A DNA stretch of 63,239 nucleotides, filler included, from Octopus bimaculoides (GCF_001194135.2; 5 parts of 5 records of this genome joined end to end with filler, not necessarily neighbours in it), one strand, 5' to 3'. Shown: positions 1 to 15,361, numbered from the whole stretch's first letter. Numbers and translations: made by a program. Notes: generated from the letters alone by a model not told the origin.

Positions 1-3000
1 ATATATATATATATATATATACGTTTTGCTGATGAAGGAGCAAAACTCCCGAAATATGGCATATATGCCTATTACTCAATTTGTTCGTCCTCGATCTCAA
101 TGTCTGTTTACATCCGACGTCTCAGACACGAAACACCGTAACAAAATCTGTGCTGGCTATAATTTGGCTTTAACGTCTAGAGAAAATCTGCACAGATGAC
201 CTTAACACGTGATTTAAGTGCACTGTTAACACAGTAATACATGGTAGTGACTTATGAAAACGGTTAATATACTTTGTAGAATATAATGATTGCATAATAA
301 AATGCTGGGTGTCTACAAGTCATTAAAATTAATTTATATATGTATTTTTGTATATATATGTGTGTATATCTACCGCCTACATATATATGTGTATCGCTAT
401 CTGCACACATACATACACACAGACTCACACTTTTTAGTGTATGTAAAAGAATCATTGATTTAAGAAGAAAACTGTAGACACTAGCATTTGATCCAGTATT
501 GATTAATAGCAAATAATCGTATATCTACATTTTTTTCTTGCAGCCTGATTATAATCTCTCCCTCTATTATTCTTATGTCTTGTAATATGTGTGCATATAT
601 ATATATATATATATACATAAACATTGAAGCGCAGGCTGAGACACTAACACACATGCATAATACATACATATACATACACACAATCGCGCGCACACACACA
701 TATATCTTTGTGTGCGTGTTTGTATTAATGTATATAGAGATATATAAATGCGTATATGAGGAGTATGTTTGTCTTTTCTACGTGTTCCTCGACTTTGTGT
801 GTGATCTTGTGCCTACGTTCGTACGTCAACGTTTATCAATTTACTTGAATGTTTATAAAATGTAGAGATATTCACGTTCTGTTTTCAAATACCAATGCCA
901 GTTCAACAGCAAAATACTTTCGTGTGGTGGCACGTTACCTTAAATGAAAGAGAGAATTGACTAACAAAGACGGGCTGACGTATGGGGTGTAGAATCTCTC
1001 GGATGAAGTGAATATTCCGTTAGATGAAATGAGAGATATAATTTAAAATTAATTGCTGACATTTTACAAGGACGATTGTCATGCTAGATATATCAGCCAA
1101 GTTACTTTACATCATATCATAACATCTTCAAAACAGGAAAGACGCATAGTCTTATGTAGCTTTATAATATTAAGAAAAATTGGAATAGTCATAGGTGAAT
1201 GTCCTAAAATAAAAAATTCTTTTCTTATCAGGCTTGAATTTGAGCTTAATCACAAAAGCGTCAGTTATTACCGAGAGCTCAATTCCTATAATTGCTTTTG
1301 AATGGAATATATTCGTTTTTGGTGAATAATATTGAATGAACAATAAACCATGTGTACTGCATGTATTATCAGCGCGTAAAAGAGGAAAATTTTTCATTGA
1401 GTGCCATGTAACATCTGTGACTGGACACAATGAATTTGCTATAATGGAATTAATTTGACGAATGAAAACTTTTACATACTGAATGAAGAAACATACTACA
1501 TAATTCCGATGTTAATATTTATTGAAAATATGCTAGTGGGATCAACAAGTCTGAGTTTCTCTGAAATATCTTTTCCACTCACATTGTTTCTTCAAACACA
1601 AGCCTTTTCATTTAATCATTTTATCACAGCAACACGGGTAGCACCCCTGAAGCCATTCCAGGTTTTGATGACCTTTGAATCGGAAGTTATCAGACCCAAA
1701 ATATGATCTGAATGCATGCAAATTTGTAGACAGAAATATAACCTCTGCATTAATCTAACAGACGTACAAACTGGCCGTCAATGACATCAATAACATCAGC
1801 ATGCGCAAATCCCCAAACTTCATAGCTATTACTCCAACGTTATCGTCCAACGAATACGAAATAAAATTAAATAGGAACCAATTAGTGTAAGTTCAACTGA
1901 CATCGCTTAGAAAGTTCAACACTATATTAGCTTCATCCAGTGAATACAAATTCTTTTCATGAATAAACTAATACCGAGAGTTTACTATACGCAAGGGCTA
2001 TATTTCTTACCATGGTAAGAATGACTTTTAACATTGGTTCCTTGCCGTACGACTTAGGGAGGAATGTGTTATCGATTTCTTCGATTAATTAACGGGTAAT
2101 TAATGTGTCACTCCTGCAATGATGAAATTCGGCGTTGACGCGTATGCAATGTGAAACAAAACAGAGAATCAGTAAAAAATTTCCTACCTATATATAAAGC
2201 TAGAAATTCAGGAAGCAGAATGAGTTTATTATATTGATCTATGTAATTAATTAGTAATTTATTTCATCACTCTGAAATAACGGAACGCAAAGTTGAACTC
2301 GTTGGGATAGAAATTCAGAGTATCGCAAAGTATTTTGTGCAACGCTCTAACAATTTTACCAATTCAATGCCAGACATTTTATTTAGCACTCCAGTGAGCA
2401 CACTATGAAATGACTGAAGTACGGCAAACCGAGAACACCATAAATAACACTATTAACAAGGATATCTGTAATAATTAAAAAGTTACAGAGAATGCAAGGA
2501 GAGGGCTACAGTAAATTCAAGCTCCAACTTTTTAAGTTACACACATCGGAATGAAAGAAAAAAATCTAGTCTGACATTGGTACGATTTGTAATTGTTATG
2601 TCTCAACGCTACTGCTATCTAGCACCTTCAGATGATCTCTACTCAACTGCTACACAACTGCTACTCGACTGCTCCTCAACACACCTACCACGGCCAGACT
2701 ACCTCTATTTATATGTCTTGGGAGATCCTACTTCTTCGCCTGGAGGCGTCGACACAACAGTAATTTAATTGTATCGCAATGCTCAATACTAAATGCCAGA
2801 GGAAACTGATGCCGCTACATTTATTGACTTCCAGCTACACCCGATTTATATCAAAATGATAATTGCTTATTTATCATAAGGTTGTGGAATAGGAAGACAT
2901 TAACAAAAGTAAGTTACAAAATGTGAATGTTCACAGTAAAACCGTATGAAAGTAAAATTGAAAATGAAAGTATGCACATTATAAAAAATGTATAAAGTAG

Positions 3001-4629
3001 GGTAGGATTGTTGTTTAGTGTCAATGACATGACTCAAGATACTAAACAATGATGTTTACCAAGGAGAGGTGCTTTCTTCCAAATGAAAATTTCTGGCTTA
3101 CGGATTCATGTAAGTTTGAGCGTTCGGCGCGAGTCGAAACTCTCACTCTTACTTCGGTAAATTTAGTAGCAACGTGCGCGTGTTATATCATCTTCATTTC
3201 CGCTCCCTAAAAAGAAGTCGAAATGTCTTAATGGGCTTTGCTTAAAGCTGAATATTTGTCTTTCATCTTTCAGTTTGTGTCCAGAACAGCACAAATTTGA
3301 CCATAGCAATCAGATGGAAGAGACACTGCCTGTCATATAAGATGGGAGTAGAGTTGATCTACAGAATGAAATCGTGGTTTCAAAAACAGCATAAGTAAGA
3401 GATACTTAGTTAATGAATGATACTTAGTTAATGCAGAACGAATTTCTTCATCTACACACATCTTGGAATCTCTTTGATGGCGCTTGCGCAGATATATGCA
3501 GTTCGTGTCGAATCAGCGATGCACGCTCTAGCACTGCTGATTGTTCTAATCTCTGATTGGAATACAGGAAAGCACCAACGCTATATAAAGAGCATGCCAA
3601 GCCTGGTATGTGCCTGTGAATACTGACAAATTCCAGACGAGAGGCTCTTTTGTTGGTCTTCCTATGACCGAATTCCATCTCCTCATCAGAGAGAAAAGTA
3701 GTTGGAAAATGAGCTCCAGATAGAAGGACTACGCTTACACGCCATTCAGGATTATCTGAAAGAGAAGAGACTAGTGCGTAGTGAATGTCTGAATGAAGCT
3801 AGTATGAGTTCAGCCAGCTGCAAGGAATAGCGGATAATAAAGTACCATGACAAAAAGTTGAAATCATGAGAGTTTTCTGCAGCAGAAGAAATCATTTTGA
3901 CTTCTTTCTCATTGAACCACATAAATTTCAACATTCAATTCTGCCTTTTTATATCGACGTGTCACATGGCAACCAACACGCCTTCCAATCAACTCTCACC
4001 TCGTTCTTTCCTCGGCCTGCAGTGGAATGAGGTTATCAACTATTTTTTTTAGTCTTTATTGTCCTTTTTCAATTCTTCCAATCTCTGAATTTGTCAACAT
4101 GCTGTATTGAATTTGAAACCTTCCTCTTTATCTCAAAATCTACTTCCTGGAAAGTCATTGATCTAAAAAGAGCTGAAATTGTCTTCACGAAATAATGAGT
4201 TTCGAGATCTTCGTAATTTAAGTTTCTCCACTTCTTTTTGGGCGGAGGGGACTACACTTTTTCAGTGTCTCTGTCTGCCAAAAGTATTCTTTTTTATTCT
4301 GTACAACATAATTTTTCTTCAGTTTGAGTACCAAATTCCGTTCAAAATTTCTCCGAATAAGGGTTGTGTGAGGATATTAAACAAAACACCCATGTTCTTA
4401 GGGGTGAATTATTCAAACCTTGAACAATCCTTCTGAATACACAGCTATGACGCTCTTCCATTACACTTGCTCGTGAACAGCGATGCACGTATAGTCAGCT
4501 TCAAATGGTTATGATCAAGTAGTATTTAACCGATTATTTGCTGTATTCTATCTTTTACACAAAGGCAAAACATGATAGCATTTCCAATAAGAAACCAGAA
4601 GATCCAAATCACAAGTCATAAAATTTATT

Positions 4630-4746
4630 TTTGACATCATGATAAGCAGCAACAACAGCGGGAGCAGTGGCGGCAGCATCAAGGGTAGCAGCAGCAGCAG
4701 CAGCAGCAGCAGTAGCAGTAGTAGTAGTAGTAGTAGTAGTAGTATC
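4630..4746. repeat. Compound (CAG)n-(TAG)n trinucleotide microsatellite
   Basis: gcagcagcag grades into gtagtagtag. Confidence 0.9.
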
Positions 4747-4802
4747 TTTACACAATTTCACAACTATTTTCCTGCTTGACATAAATTTGTAANNNNNNNN
4801 NN

Positions 4803-4849
<47 letters not shown>

Positions 4850-5175
4850 TGTGTGTGCATTTATGTCATATGTGCTTATGATATTTTTCTGAGGTTCTGT
4901 GAATTTGTGTTTGTATGAGTGTGTAGGAAGCAGTGATAGTGCGTGCGATTAACTTCATGTTTGGGCTAATATTTATCTGAATATTAGTTTGTACGTGTAT
5001 GCCGAGCCGTTTTCGAGATACTACTGCATTAGAGAATATCTGTATGTATAACAGATATATAAATTTGTTTTGCTTTATTGCTATTTGCATATTGATTTTG
5101 CATGAGTGTCTAAGATTCTATCCATCCATCCATCCATCCATCCATCCGTCCGTCCTCCGTCTGTTTGTCTTACTG

Positions 5176-5222
<47 letters not shown>

Positions 5223-5237
5223 CTCTCNNNNNNNNNN

Positions 5238-5283
<46 letters not shown>

Positions 5284-5479
5284 TACGCTCAATGCATCGA
5301 TGTAATTAACTTAACTGTGAACAGGGATACATTTATCGACTAAGATAGGTTTGAAATATATTCATTTCCATTAGGTAGATCATTTCAGTCTATTTTGTGC
5401 TAACACTTTTGTTCGTTTTTCAAAGGGTATTCTCTAATACTCACGCACGAATTCCTTGAATAAAACTTAGTGGATCTCT

Positions 5480-5720
5480 GGTAGCAATCCAGGAACTCTA
5501 TGGTGATGCGTTTTCCATTTTTTTTATTTAGTTCAATTATGCTAGTTGCTCTATTATTATTCTCGATTCACTTTCCTCCTCTTTCACTATTCTTCGAAGC
5601 TAATACGCTTGAATGCTGCAATTCCACATACTGAAGAATGTGGTTTTTATAGGTATGATCAAACACTGATGTGTAGCACTGGTTTCACAATCACAAGCAA
5701 TTGACTATAATTTTTACCAC
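5480..5720 (-). mobile_element. Possible very old CR1/L2-type LINE remnant
   Basis: Minus-strand HILQYVEL...IENNNRATSII weakly resembles the CR1 RPHLEYC...LERVQRRATKMI region. Confidence 0.25.
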
Positions 5721-6792
5721 AGTTCATGGATATCTTTTGCATTCTCTTAAACTCTTGTTCAGGGAGCAGTTTTCAATATCCGTGTATTTGGAATTTGATC
5801 TCTATTTACTAAAAGCCCTTTGCAAATTGTCTCGAGAAAGACTTAAGAATTTCGAATACATTTGTTCAAATGTGACCCCTACCTATGATCACTATGACCT
5901 TTAACTTCAGGCGTTTGATTCACTTCATACCTTTCCTTCAAACAACCCAAATGTTAATAGGATGCTTTTAAATGATATCCGCTAAATTGTTCAAACACAA
6001 TCTCGAGTAGGTGATGCAAGCCTTGCAGTAGCGATATTATAATGGTCGCCATCAAATAAAATCTTTTTTAGCCAGGGATGTTATAAAAATCATAATTTCC
6101 ATCTTTAATAAGAAGCAGATCATTTAAAGACTTCCCGATAGCCGTTCTTATGTTAATCGAGCGGCATAAACATGATACATCGAGCAAGACCGATGACGAA
6201 ATACCCGAATAGAAATAATTCAATAAACTGAGGAAAACATAGCAAAGTAAATCTCACCGTAACAGATAAATCAGAACGATGGTTGTAGCAAAATAAAAGC
6301 CAAAAGATACCTTTGATAGGCTTCTTTGATCCCCTGCCTGCATCGTTGGACTGTGGATATAGAATTTTCCTTTCAAAATTCATTACATCACTGACAAATC
6401 TGAAATAGCATAACGTATAGAATAAGTTCCGTGTACTATCCAATTATGATGAAACGAAATATTACATAATGAATAAGTTTTGCCTTGCAAGAGTTCAGTT
6501 ATGTAAGCTGTACAGGCACTCTAAATATACAGACTTTTCCTTTTACAATTTCCTTCCAACTCACATAGATGACGATACATACGTGCTCTTACACGGATGT
6601 ACTTGTGTACTGAATATTATTTCCTTGTATTAATAAATAAAAATACCCAAACATACAAAAGGAAGGAAATTCGGCTGCATATACTTTGAAGGGAGATGTA
6701 GAAATGTAATTAAGAGCACAGGCTCAAAAACATACATGTATACATACATATACACACACACACACACACTCACACACACACCCACACACACA

Positions 6793-6834
<42 letters not shown>

Positions 6835-6844
6835 CACATATACC

Positions 6845-6875
<31 letters not shown>

Positions 6876-6879
6876 CTAT

Positions 6880-6915
<36 letters not shown>

Positions 6916-9145
6916 NNNNNNNNNNNNNNNNNNNNNNNNNNNNTATATATGTATGTATATATATGAATGTATGTATAAATAAGTGACAGTATACAGATAG
7001 AAATGCTTTACGTTACACAAAAATATCTACATGTGACTGAAGTAGAAAGAGAAAGAAACATTTGTTTCTTTACATAGCAATGTCTTCTCACTTTCTCTTT
7101 ATCAATCTAAGATTCAGAAACCCTATCCTATCTACGCTGCTTTCCTTCATTCCACTAAGATTCTGTCTGTTCATCTCTTTCCTACTTCAGAGAAATAGTA
7201 AGGCATTTGGAACAGAGAAACGAAAAGAGACTAAGCACAAGCAACGGAGGGTGCTGCTGGTGATGGTGAGGAAGAACGGCAAACATAGAGAAAGGCCAAA
7301 GAAAGGCGAATAAAAGAGTGAAGGAGCAGAAAGTGAGGTAAAGCTTGTATACTCACAAGAGAGGTAGTTACAGAGAAGCGGAGATTTAATTTTATATGTG
7401 TTCTTATTTTTACAGGACTGCCTGTATATGTATAATACAAAAACAAAATAAAACAACCTCATGCGTATATACGTGTGGATGCGCGGTGCGTGTGTTAGTG
7501 CGTGTGCCCGTGTATTTGTGAGTGTTTGTCAGTGTGTATGTATGCGTGTGTATATGTGTGTGTGTCTGCATGCAGACACACATCACATGCACATGCACGA
7601 ACAACAGAGACACAAAAGCATAAATTTGTAAGTTACGTAAGCATGTCTGGTGATGCATTTATATGTCGATTCGATCAATACAAATGTGCAGCCTACACCC
7701 ACGTAAGTTTCCTCTCTCGATATAGATCAACACACATTAAAGTAAAATAGAGCAAATATGGGTAGAATGGCAGTTAGAATGAAGAATCCCATTACATGGA
7801 AGCGCTTGAGTATCCGAAATATCGATAACTCATTCGCTCACAAACGCACACTTGAACAGCAGTATACATATACGTGTATATATTACGTTTGCGTTACTCT
7901 GTGTGTTTGTATGCATTTGTGTACGATTATATATATATATATATNNNNNNNNNNNNNNNNNNNNNNNNNNNNNNNNNNNNNNNNNNNNNNNNNNNNNNNN
8001 NNNNNNNNNNNNNNNNNNNNNNNNNNNNNNNNNNNNNNNNNNNNNNNNNNNNNNNNNNNNNNNNNNNNNNNNNNNNNNNNNNNNNNNNNNNNNNNNNNNN
8101 NNNNNNNNNNNNNNNNNNNNNNNNNNNNNNNNNNNNNNNNNNNNNNNNNNNNNNNNNNNNNNNNNNNNNNNNNNNNNNNNNNNNNNNNNNNNNNNNNNNN
8201 NNNNNNNNNNNNNNNNNNNNNNNNNNNNNNNNNNNNNNNNNNNNNNNNNNNNNNNNNNNNNNNNNNNNNNNNNNNNNNNNNNNNNNNNNNNNNNNNNNNN
8301 NNNNNNNNNNNNNNNNNNNNNNNNNNNNNNNNNNNNNNNNNNNNNNNNNNNNNNNNNNNNNNNNNNNNNNNNNNNNNNNNNNNNNNNNNNNNNNNNNNNN
8401 NNNNNNNNNNNNNNNNNNNNNNNNNNNNNNNNNNNNNNNNNNNNNNNNNNNNNNNNNNNNNNNNNNNNNNNNNNNNNNNNNNNNNNNNNNNNNNNNNNNN
8501 NNNNNNNNNNNNNNNNNNNNNNNNNNNNNNNNNNNNNNNNNNNNNNNNNNNNNNNNNNNNNNNNNNNNNNNNNNNNNNNNNNNNNNNNNNNNNNNNNNNN
8601 NNNNNNNNNNNNNNNNNATAAAGAAACCTATCTATCTATCTATCTATCTATCTATTTATCTATCTATCTTTCTGTATGTCTGCCTGTCTGTCTGCCTGTC
8701 TGTCTGTCTAGCTAGCTACTACTAGCTTGCTTTCGCTTTATTTCTGAAACACACAAGCAAATCGACTGAGTTATGGAAAGATTTAAGTTCTATCAAATTT
8801 AAGATGATCAAGAGACCACGTACTTTACGTTGCATCAGCTTACACATATACTCGGAATTTTAACCCTACTATACAGAGATGTTTGTGTCTCTGTGATCAC
8901 GTGTGTGTGTACGTGTATGTGCGCTGGTAATAGTAATAGCGAGATAATGTTTGACTGACGAATTGTCATAAAATTAAAACATAGACAGCTTCGGTTATAA
9001 TATTTTACCCTATGAATAATATTTATCATTATTTCTTATACATAATTACTTCCTAGTTGTTTCTTCTGCCCTTGTCAACAAGATTTACTGTTTAAGATTA
9101 AAAAAAAATGCGTCAGTACTTACGTAATTTTGATTAATCCGCATG

Positions 9146-9500
9146 CAGGCGCAGTCTGGACTGAGTAGAAAGAAGTTTGCTTTGCGACAACATGGTTCCG
9201 TGTTCATCCACACAACATAGAATTTCGGTCATGTGACTCCTGGTATCGCCAAGAGGCCTACCAAAACCTTATGATTGCATTTGGCAGTCGGAAACTGAAA
9301 GAAGCTGGTCGTAAATAAATATATATTTATAAAGCATATATGCATTCATAAATACACGTGTGCGTGTGCATGCGTACTTACATATACATACATATACATA
9401 TATATACACACATATACATGCTTCTCCATCTGTGTCTGTGTTTGTGATTGTTCCCACCACTGCTTGTCTACCGGTGTTGTTTTATTTAAGGCCATGTAAT
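9146..9500 (+). mobile_element. tRNA-derived SINE, family B (internal microsatellite), diverged
   Basis: acatggttcc...ggaaactgaaagaagc followed by a (TA/CA) microsatellite, shared with the copies at 14936, 30595 and 49573. Confidence 0.75.
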
Positions 9501-11398
9501 CTGGCGGTTCGTCAAANNNNNNNNNNNNNNNNNNNNNNNNNNNNNNNNNNNNNNNNNNNNNNNNNNNNNNNNNNNNNNNNNNNNNNNNNNNNNNNNNNNN
9601 NNNNNNNNNNNNNNNNTATATATATATATTTATAGATTATGTACACATATGTCTATATATGCAAACATACGTAATACATATATATCATGGATCAAGGATT
9701 AAAAAGAATGATAGCTTGAAACAGTAAATATAAAAAGCAACATTCAGGGACAATAGTGGTTTGTTAAGACAGAAGGTTGAGGATTTAAAGTTTCGAACCT
9801 TGCTCTTCTTTAGAAATAGAGAAAAGTCCAAAGGAAAGGAAGACGGAGGTAGAAAATCACCAACGATACACATGAGGTTACATTTTGAAATGACCGGAAG
9901 GGAATGGGTGAAAAAAAGTTCTTTCTAAGACAGGAGAGAGCAAGAGAAGAATGTGTGCGTATGTGCGTGCGCACGGGTCTGCGTGTGTGTGTAATAATAG
10001 CACGTGTATGCACGTATGTGTGTGTGTGTGACCAAATGTGTTTCTTTTTTTTTTAATATTTAATTATTCTTGCAATACCAGTTTCTTTTCGTCAAAGTAT
10101 TGTTTCTTCAGCTGCTTCAGCTGCCTCAGAGGATAACTTTCTAGGTTCAATCCCATGGCCATTCGTGACCGTAGGATGTTTTTACTCTATACATGTAGAA
10201 GCAAACATGCCTATCCGCGCAGGTGTTTCGCATCGAACACTCGCTATATGTATTATCTTATTTGTATGTGTCTGATATGGAGGAGCAAATTAAGTATTTA
10301 GAAACTGGGACTGATCATTGCAATAGAAGAAAGCTTAAAAGTCTTGATTGAGTGTGTGTATAAGTGTGTGCGCACGCATGCGTATGTATGTATACATGTT
10401 TGTATTTTGCTTTGCGATCACTAAGATTTTGGACTTAATATATAGTTGCCATGAAACATAAAATCAACAGCATTTCATGAAGAATGTTTCACGAACACAC
10501 TGAAAATACCGAGCAAGGAGACACATACGTAATTTTCCGGCTTCATTACTTCTGCATGGAAGGAACACTTGTTTCCAGTTCCATTGAACGTGGCATATTT
10601 ATTGCTTTACGTACTTTGCATAGTACTTACTACAGAAAAGAGTCAAGTTGATGTATGGCGGTGTTGGGAAGAGAAGTTTTACGTATGGTTTTGTGTAAGG
10701 TTTACTTTTCGTTTTGTGAGAGGAGTTAGATTTACGGCTGTATAAGACAAGATAGATCTAGAATCAGCTTGAATGGATATACTTTTTAATGCAGTGCCTG
10801 ATAGGATGGATTTAGTGCAAGATTAGTAAGATTATTTATGCAAGTGTGGTCGTAAGATTTCCTTGCTTTCATGATTGTTCTTTAAAAAAAAAATGTTAAG
10901 AATAGCACAGCAAGAGATGAATTGCTATCATTTGATTTTTCGGTTTATGTTCCTATTTCTAATGGAAGCCAATTTATGTGACATACGCTTCACGGTTGTT
11001 AAATTTATATATATATATATATATTCTTGTTTTTGTTTCGAAGTTCATGATCATTATTTTGAAGGTAGAGAGTGGTTTATCAAACGGAAATACCAAAGAA
11101 CTGGATTTCTCGAAACTAGTTTCATCTCAGAAATGTTATCTAGATCTATTGAAAGGAACAAAACACACAGTATATTAATATACCTAANNNNNNNNNNNNN
11201 NNNNNNNNNNNNNNNNNNNNNNNNNNNNNNNNNNNNNNNNNNNNNNNNNNNNNNNNNNNNNNNNNNNNNNNNNNNNNNNNNNNNNNNNNNNNNNNNNNNN
11301 NNNNNNNNNNNNNNNNNNNNNNNNNNNNNNNNNNNNNNNNNNNNNNNNNNNNNNNNNNNNNNNNNNNNNNNNNNNNNNNNNNNNNNNNNNNNNNNNNN

Positions 11399-11740
11399 AG
11401 ATCGACCCCAATAGGCAACTGGTACTTAATTTATCAACCACGAAAGGATGAAAGGTAAAGTCAGCCTCGGCGTAATTTGAACTCAGAACGTAAAGACAGA
11501 CGAAATACCTATTTCTTTACTGCCCACAAGGGGCTACACACAGAGGGGACACACAAGGGCAGACAAACGGATTAAGTCGATTATATCGACCCCAGTGCGT
11601 AACTGGTACTTAATTTATCGACCCCGAAAGGATGAAAGGCAAAGTCGACCACGGCGGAATTTGAACTCAGAACGCAGTGGCAGACGAAATACCGCCAAGC
11701 ATTTCGTCAGACGTGCTAAAGTTTCTTCCAGCTCACCGCT
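11399..11740 (-). mobile_element. Two tandem family-A SINE copies
   Basis: Two repeats of gaaaggatgaaagg(c/t)aaagtc...gaatttgaactcagaacg. Confidence 0.88.
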
Positions 11741-13136
11741 TTGTGACAATGAATATTTTTAAAAGAATTTGTGACCGAAAACCTAGCACCGCTGATATTA
11801 TGGGGAACAATATTCACGTTTTATTTTTTTTTAATTTGACACTCAAGACGGCTTTGTAAGAATCGTTAATTTACAGGAAACGTTTGTAAATTCCTATTTT
11901 CTAATTTCTACACTAAATCATCAATAACAATGTTGCTGATGCTTACATGTGGTACGAATTGTAATAATAAATACTTAAATATCTATTGTGTTAGATACTC
12001 GGAATGAAATTTTTGACCACCATTAAAAGGAGCTTTCTATATAAAATTGTAGAATATTAACTGATTGTCCTATATATTCCCTATACTCTATTATGTCAAG
12101 TCTACACTTATCACAGTAGCAAAAGCTATAGAGAAAATCAAATACCTAAACGGAAACAAAACAATGTAATATAAGAGAGGATGTCTCATAGTTTCCACAC
12201 CTTTTTGAATTATCGTCTTGTTTGCATTGTCACTTTATAGTTGCACTCTTTCAATATTTCATACTATCAACATGAAAACCTTCTAAACAAGGGAAGTAAC
12301 TTAATTTACATAACAATACATTCAGACATAACATCATTTATTTTCTCCCTATTTCAGCATGGCATCTATAGTATGATTCGTTCTAGTCGTGCTTGACAGC
12401 ATTGCAAATGTAGTAAAAGTTGTAATGGATACATACATCTAAGAAATACAGAAACAAAAACAAAAAAAAAGGAAAAAGAGAATGACATGCTGATAAATTC
12501 AGCTAGTACTTTAAGGCTTTGGAATCTATTATCCATATGGGCTTAGAAAGGAGTAGTTAGGTGCATATGTCTCACAATAAAAATTATAAAACATATTCAG
12601 GGGTATAATCACAATGAGAAATGTTGTACAGAGACACACGCATGCAGACATATGTAGAAATATAAGTATAGACATACAGACACACACGCACATAAACACT
12701 CACACACAGAGACACGTTCACAACTACCTTCACTATAAAGGAAATAGAGTAATGTAAATTCTCTAAGTAGCTTTCCCATGAAAACCTATTTCCGCAGGAT
12801 TCTCACACGTAAACTCAAGACGAAGCAATGAACCACATAACCAAGGAGAGTACAAAACGGGAGGTACATTTACATCAATATCCATAAATGCATAAATATG
12901 TGCACGGGCGCGAACTCACTGCTCAACATTTGCATAGAAACAGTAACGCAATTACGTAGAAATATATGTGTGCGCATGTATGTGTATCAGAGCGTGTATG
13001 TGCGCGTGTATATGCATGTAGAGATATGTATGCATGTGTACAATATATTTACATATGTACAATATGGATGTATGTATGTGTGTGTATGTATATGTATATA
13101 TACACATATACACATTCACACATACGTATGTATGAA

Positions 13137-13219
<83 letters not shown>

Positions 13220-14334
13220 NNNNNNNNNNNNNNNNNNNNNNNNNNNNNNNNNNNNNNNNNNNNNNNNNNNNNNNNNNNNNNNNNNNNNNNNNNNNNNNNN
13301 NNNNNNNNNNNNNNNNNNNNNNNNNNNNNNNNNNNNNNNNNNNNNNNNNNNNNNNNNNNNNNNNNNNNNNNNNNNNNNNNNNNNNNNNNNNNNNNNNNNN
13401 NNNNNNNNNNNNNNNNNNNNNNNNNNNNNNNNNNNNNNNNNNNNNNNNNNNNNNNNNNNNNNNNNNNNNNNNNNNNNNNNNNNNNNNNNNNNNNNNNNNN
13501 NNNNNNNNNNNNNNNNNNNNNNNNNNNNNNNNNNNNNNNNNNNNNNNNNNNNNNNNNNNNNNNNNNNNNNNNNNNNNNNNNNNNNNNNNNNNNNNNNNNN
13601 NNNNNNNNNNNNNNNNNNNNNNNNNNNNNNNNNNNNNNNNNNNNNNNNNNNNNNNNNNNNNNNNNNNNNNNNNNNNNNNNNNNNNNNNNNNNNNNNNNNN
13701 NNNNNNNNNNNNNNNNNNNNNNNNNNNNNNNNNNNNNNNNNNNNNNNNNNNNNNNNNNNNNNNNNNNNNNNNNNNNNNNNNNNNNNNNNNNNNNNNNNNN
13801 NNNNNNNNNNNNNNNNNNNNNNNNNNNNNATATATATGAATTATATGAATTCCTCCGAAATAACAAAGACTCGATTCATGTTAAAATCAAACACCACATG
13901 ACACCATAGGGAATTTTTGCGAAATATCATACCGTCTTCAGTCAGACAATATTGTGCTGCTGAAAACTTTGTCTTCGATCACTCTTCCACTACATCCTAT
14001 GCAATATTAATCATCTCAACATGACAGAGGAATACGGAAATTTTGTCAGGAAGAATTTCAGTCTGTGATAAAGCACGAGCGGAGAAACTAAATAGTAGGT
14101 CACTCAAACCAGAATAGAAACCGAAAGTATAGAAGCTTTGTCAGAGAAGCGTAGACAGAGAAAAATATGCAACACGTTCCTCCAGGCATTCTTAAAAACG
14201 AACATGAATCTGACCCAGGTCAAAGTGAAATTATACGAAAGTTAACCTTTGATAAATAATGCTGAGATTGTTTCTAAAAATGTTGAGATTGTGTCTACTA
14301 AAACGCTGGCGGAGGGACTAAACGTTTTCAAGGA

Positions 14335-14483
14335 CACCAGTGCTCGTTACTACTTATTTTATCGACCTAGGTATGTTGAAATGCAAAGTTGACCTCGGTG
14401 GAATTTGAACTCAGAAGGCAAGGTTGTGATAAATGTCGCTAAATACTTGATCCGGCGCTGTAATTATTGTGGCAGCTCGCCGC
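14335..14483 (-). mobile_element. Family-A SINE (diverged)
   Basis: caaagttgacctcggtggaatttgaactcagaa...ggcagctcgccg. Confidence 0.8.
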
Positions 14484-14935
14484 ATTTATTTTCGCAAATA
14501 ACAAAAATATATATTATTGAGAGAAACAGATTTTATGGCATCGGACTCATTTAAAGCAGTGAATTATTTTCAAAATAGAAATAATCTCTGCTCGCATTAA
14601 CTTACATACATAGAGTTTTCTACGTTTCATTAGTAAAATATTTCTTTGATATCTATTCCTCACAAGTTAATTCTTTAGCCAACTAAGTGTATATGCGCGT
14701 ATTTCTTGCTCTTTATAGTGCCTTTATAGGAATAATATTAGCAAAATCTTTCTAAAAAGTATCATTAAAACGAATTAGGCAAGAAAAAAGATAAACATAA
14801 TATTCAATATAGAGACATTGGTTTCCGTTTGCTCTGTAACAATGAACTTAATTAATTTATAACAGTACGGCCGACAATAAATGAAAGAAATATCATAACA
14901 AATTGAGTGCAGAAAGATCACTGTGAATAGAATTT

Positions 14936-15324
14936 GCGTGTTAAGTTTGCTTCCCAACCACATGGTTCCAGGTTCAGTCTCACTGCGTGAAACCTTGAAG
15001 TAGTGTCTTCTACTGTAATCTCGGCTCGACAAAAGCCATGTTAGTGGTAACAGGTGGTAACAGAAAGACGCCCATCGTGTATATATATATATATATATAT
15101 ATATANNNNNNNNNNNNNNNNNNNNNNNNNNNNNNNNNNNNNNNNNNNNNNNNNNNNNNNNNNNNNNNNNNNNNNNNNNNNNNNNNNNNNNNNNNNNNNN
15201 NNNNNNNNNNNNNNNNNNNNNNNNNNNNNNNNNNNNNNNNNNNNNNNNNNNNNNNNNNNNNNNNNNNNNNNNNNNNNNNNNNNNNNNNNNNNNNNNNNNN
15301 NNNNNNNNNNNNNNNNNNNNNNNN

Positions 15325-15361
<37 letters not shown>

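Noticed and set aside
2004-2021. 18-bp perfect palindrome ttcttaccatggtaagaa
   Set aside because: About one such palindrome is expected by chance in 60 kb of AT-rich sequence.
3440-4440. Non-microsatellite stretch with protein-like fragments (e.g. EGLRLHAIQDYLKEKRL), possibly an old non-LTR element
   Set aside because: Resemblance to R4/Dong-type motifs is too weak to call without a profile search.
6153-6443. 96-aa hydrophobic minus-strand ORF suggesting a membrane protein
   Set aside because: No recognisable motif or splice context; AT-rich DNA readily yields F/L/I-rich ORFs.
7191-7337. Exon-like segment with a strong acceptor and a GAG|GTAAAG donor
   Set aside because: It has stop codons in all three frames and no partner exons; it could only be non-coding.
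10050-10190. Minus-strand open stretch LRQLKQLKKQYFDEKK as a possible further IF coil exon
   Set aside because: It overlaps a family-D SINE tail, has no convincing splice pair, and lies across an artificial join from the IF gene.
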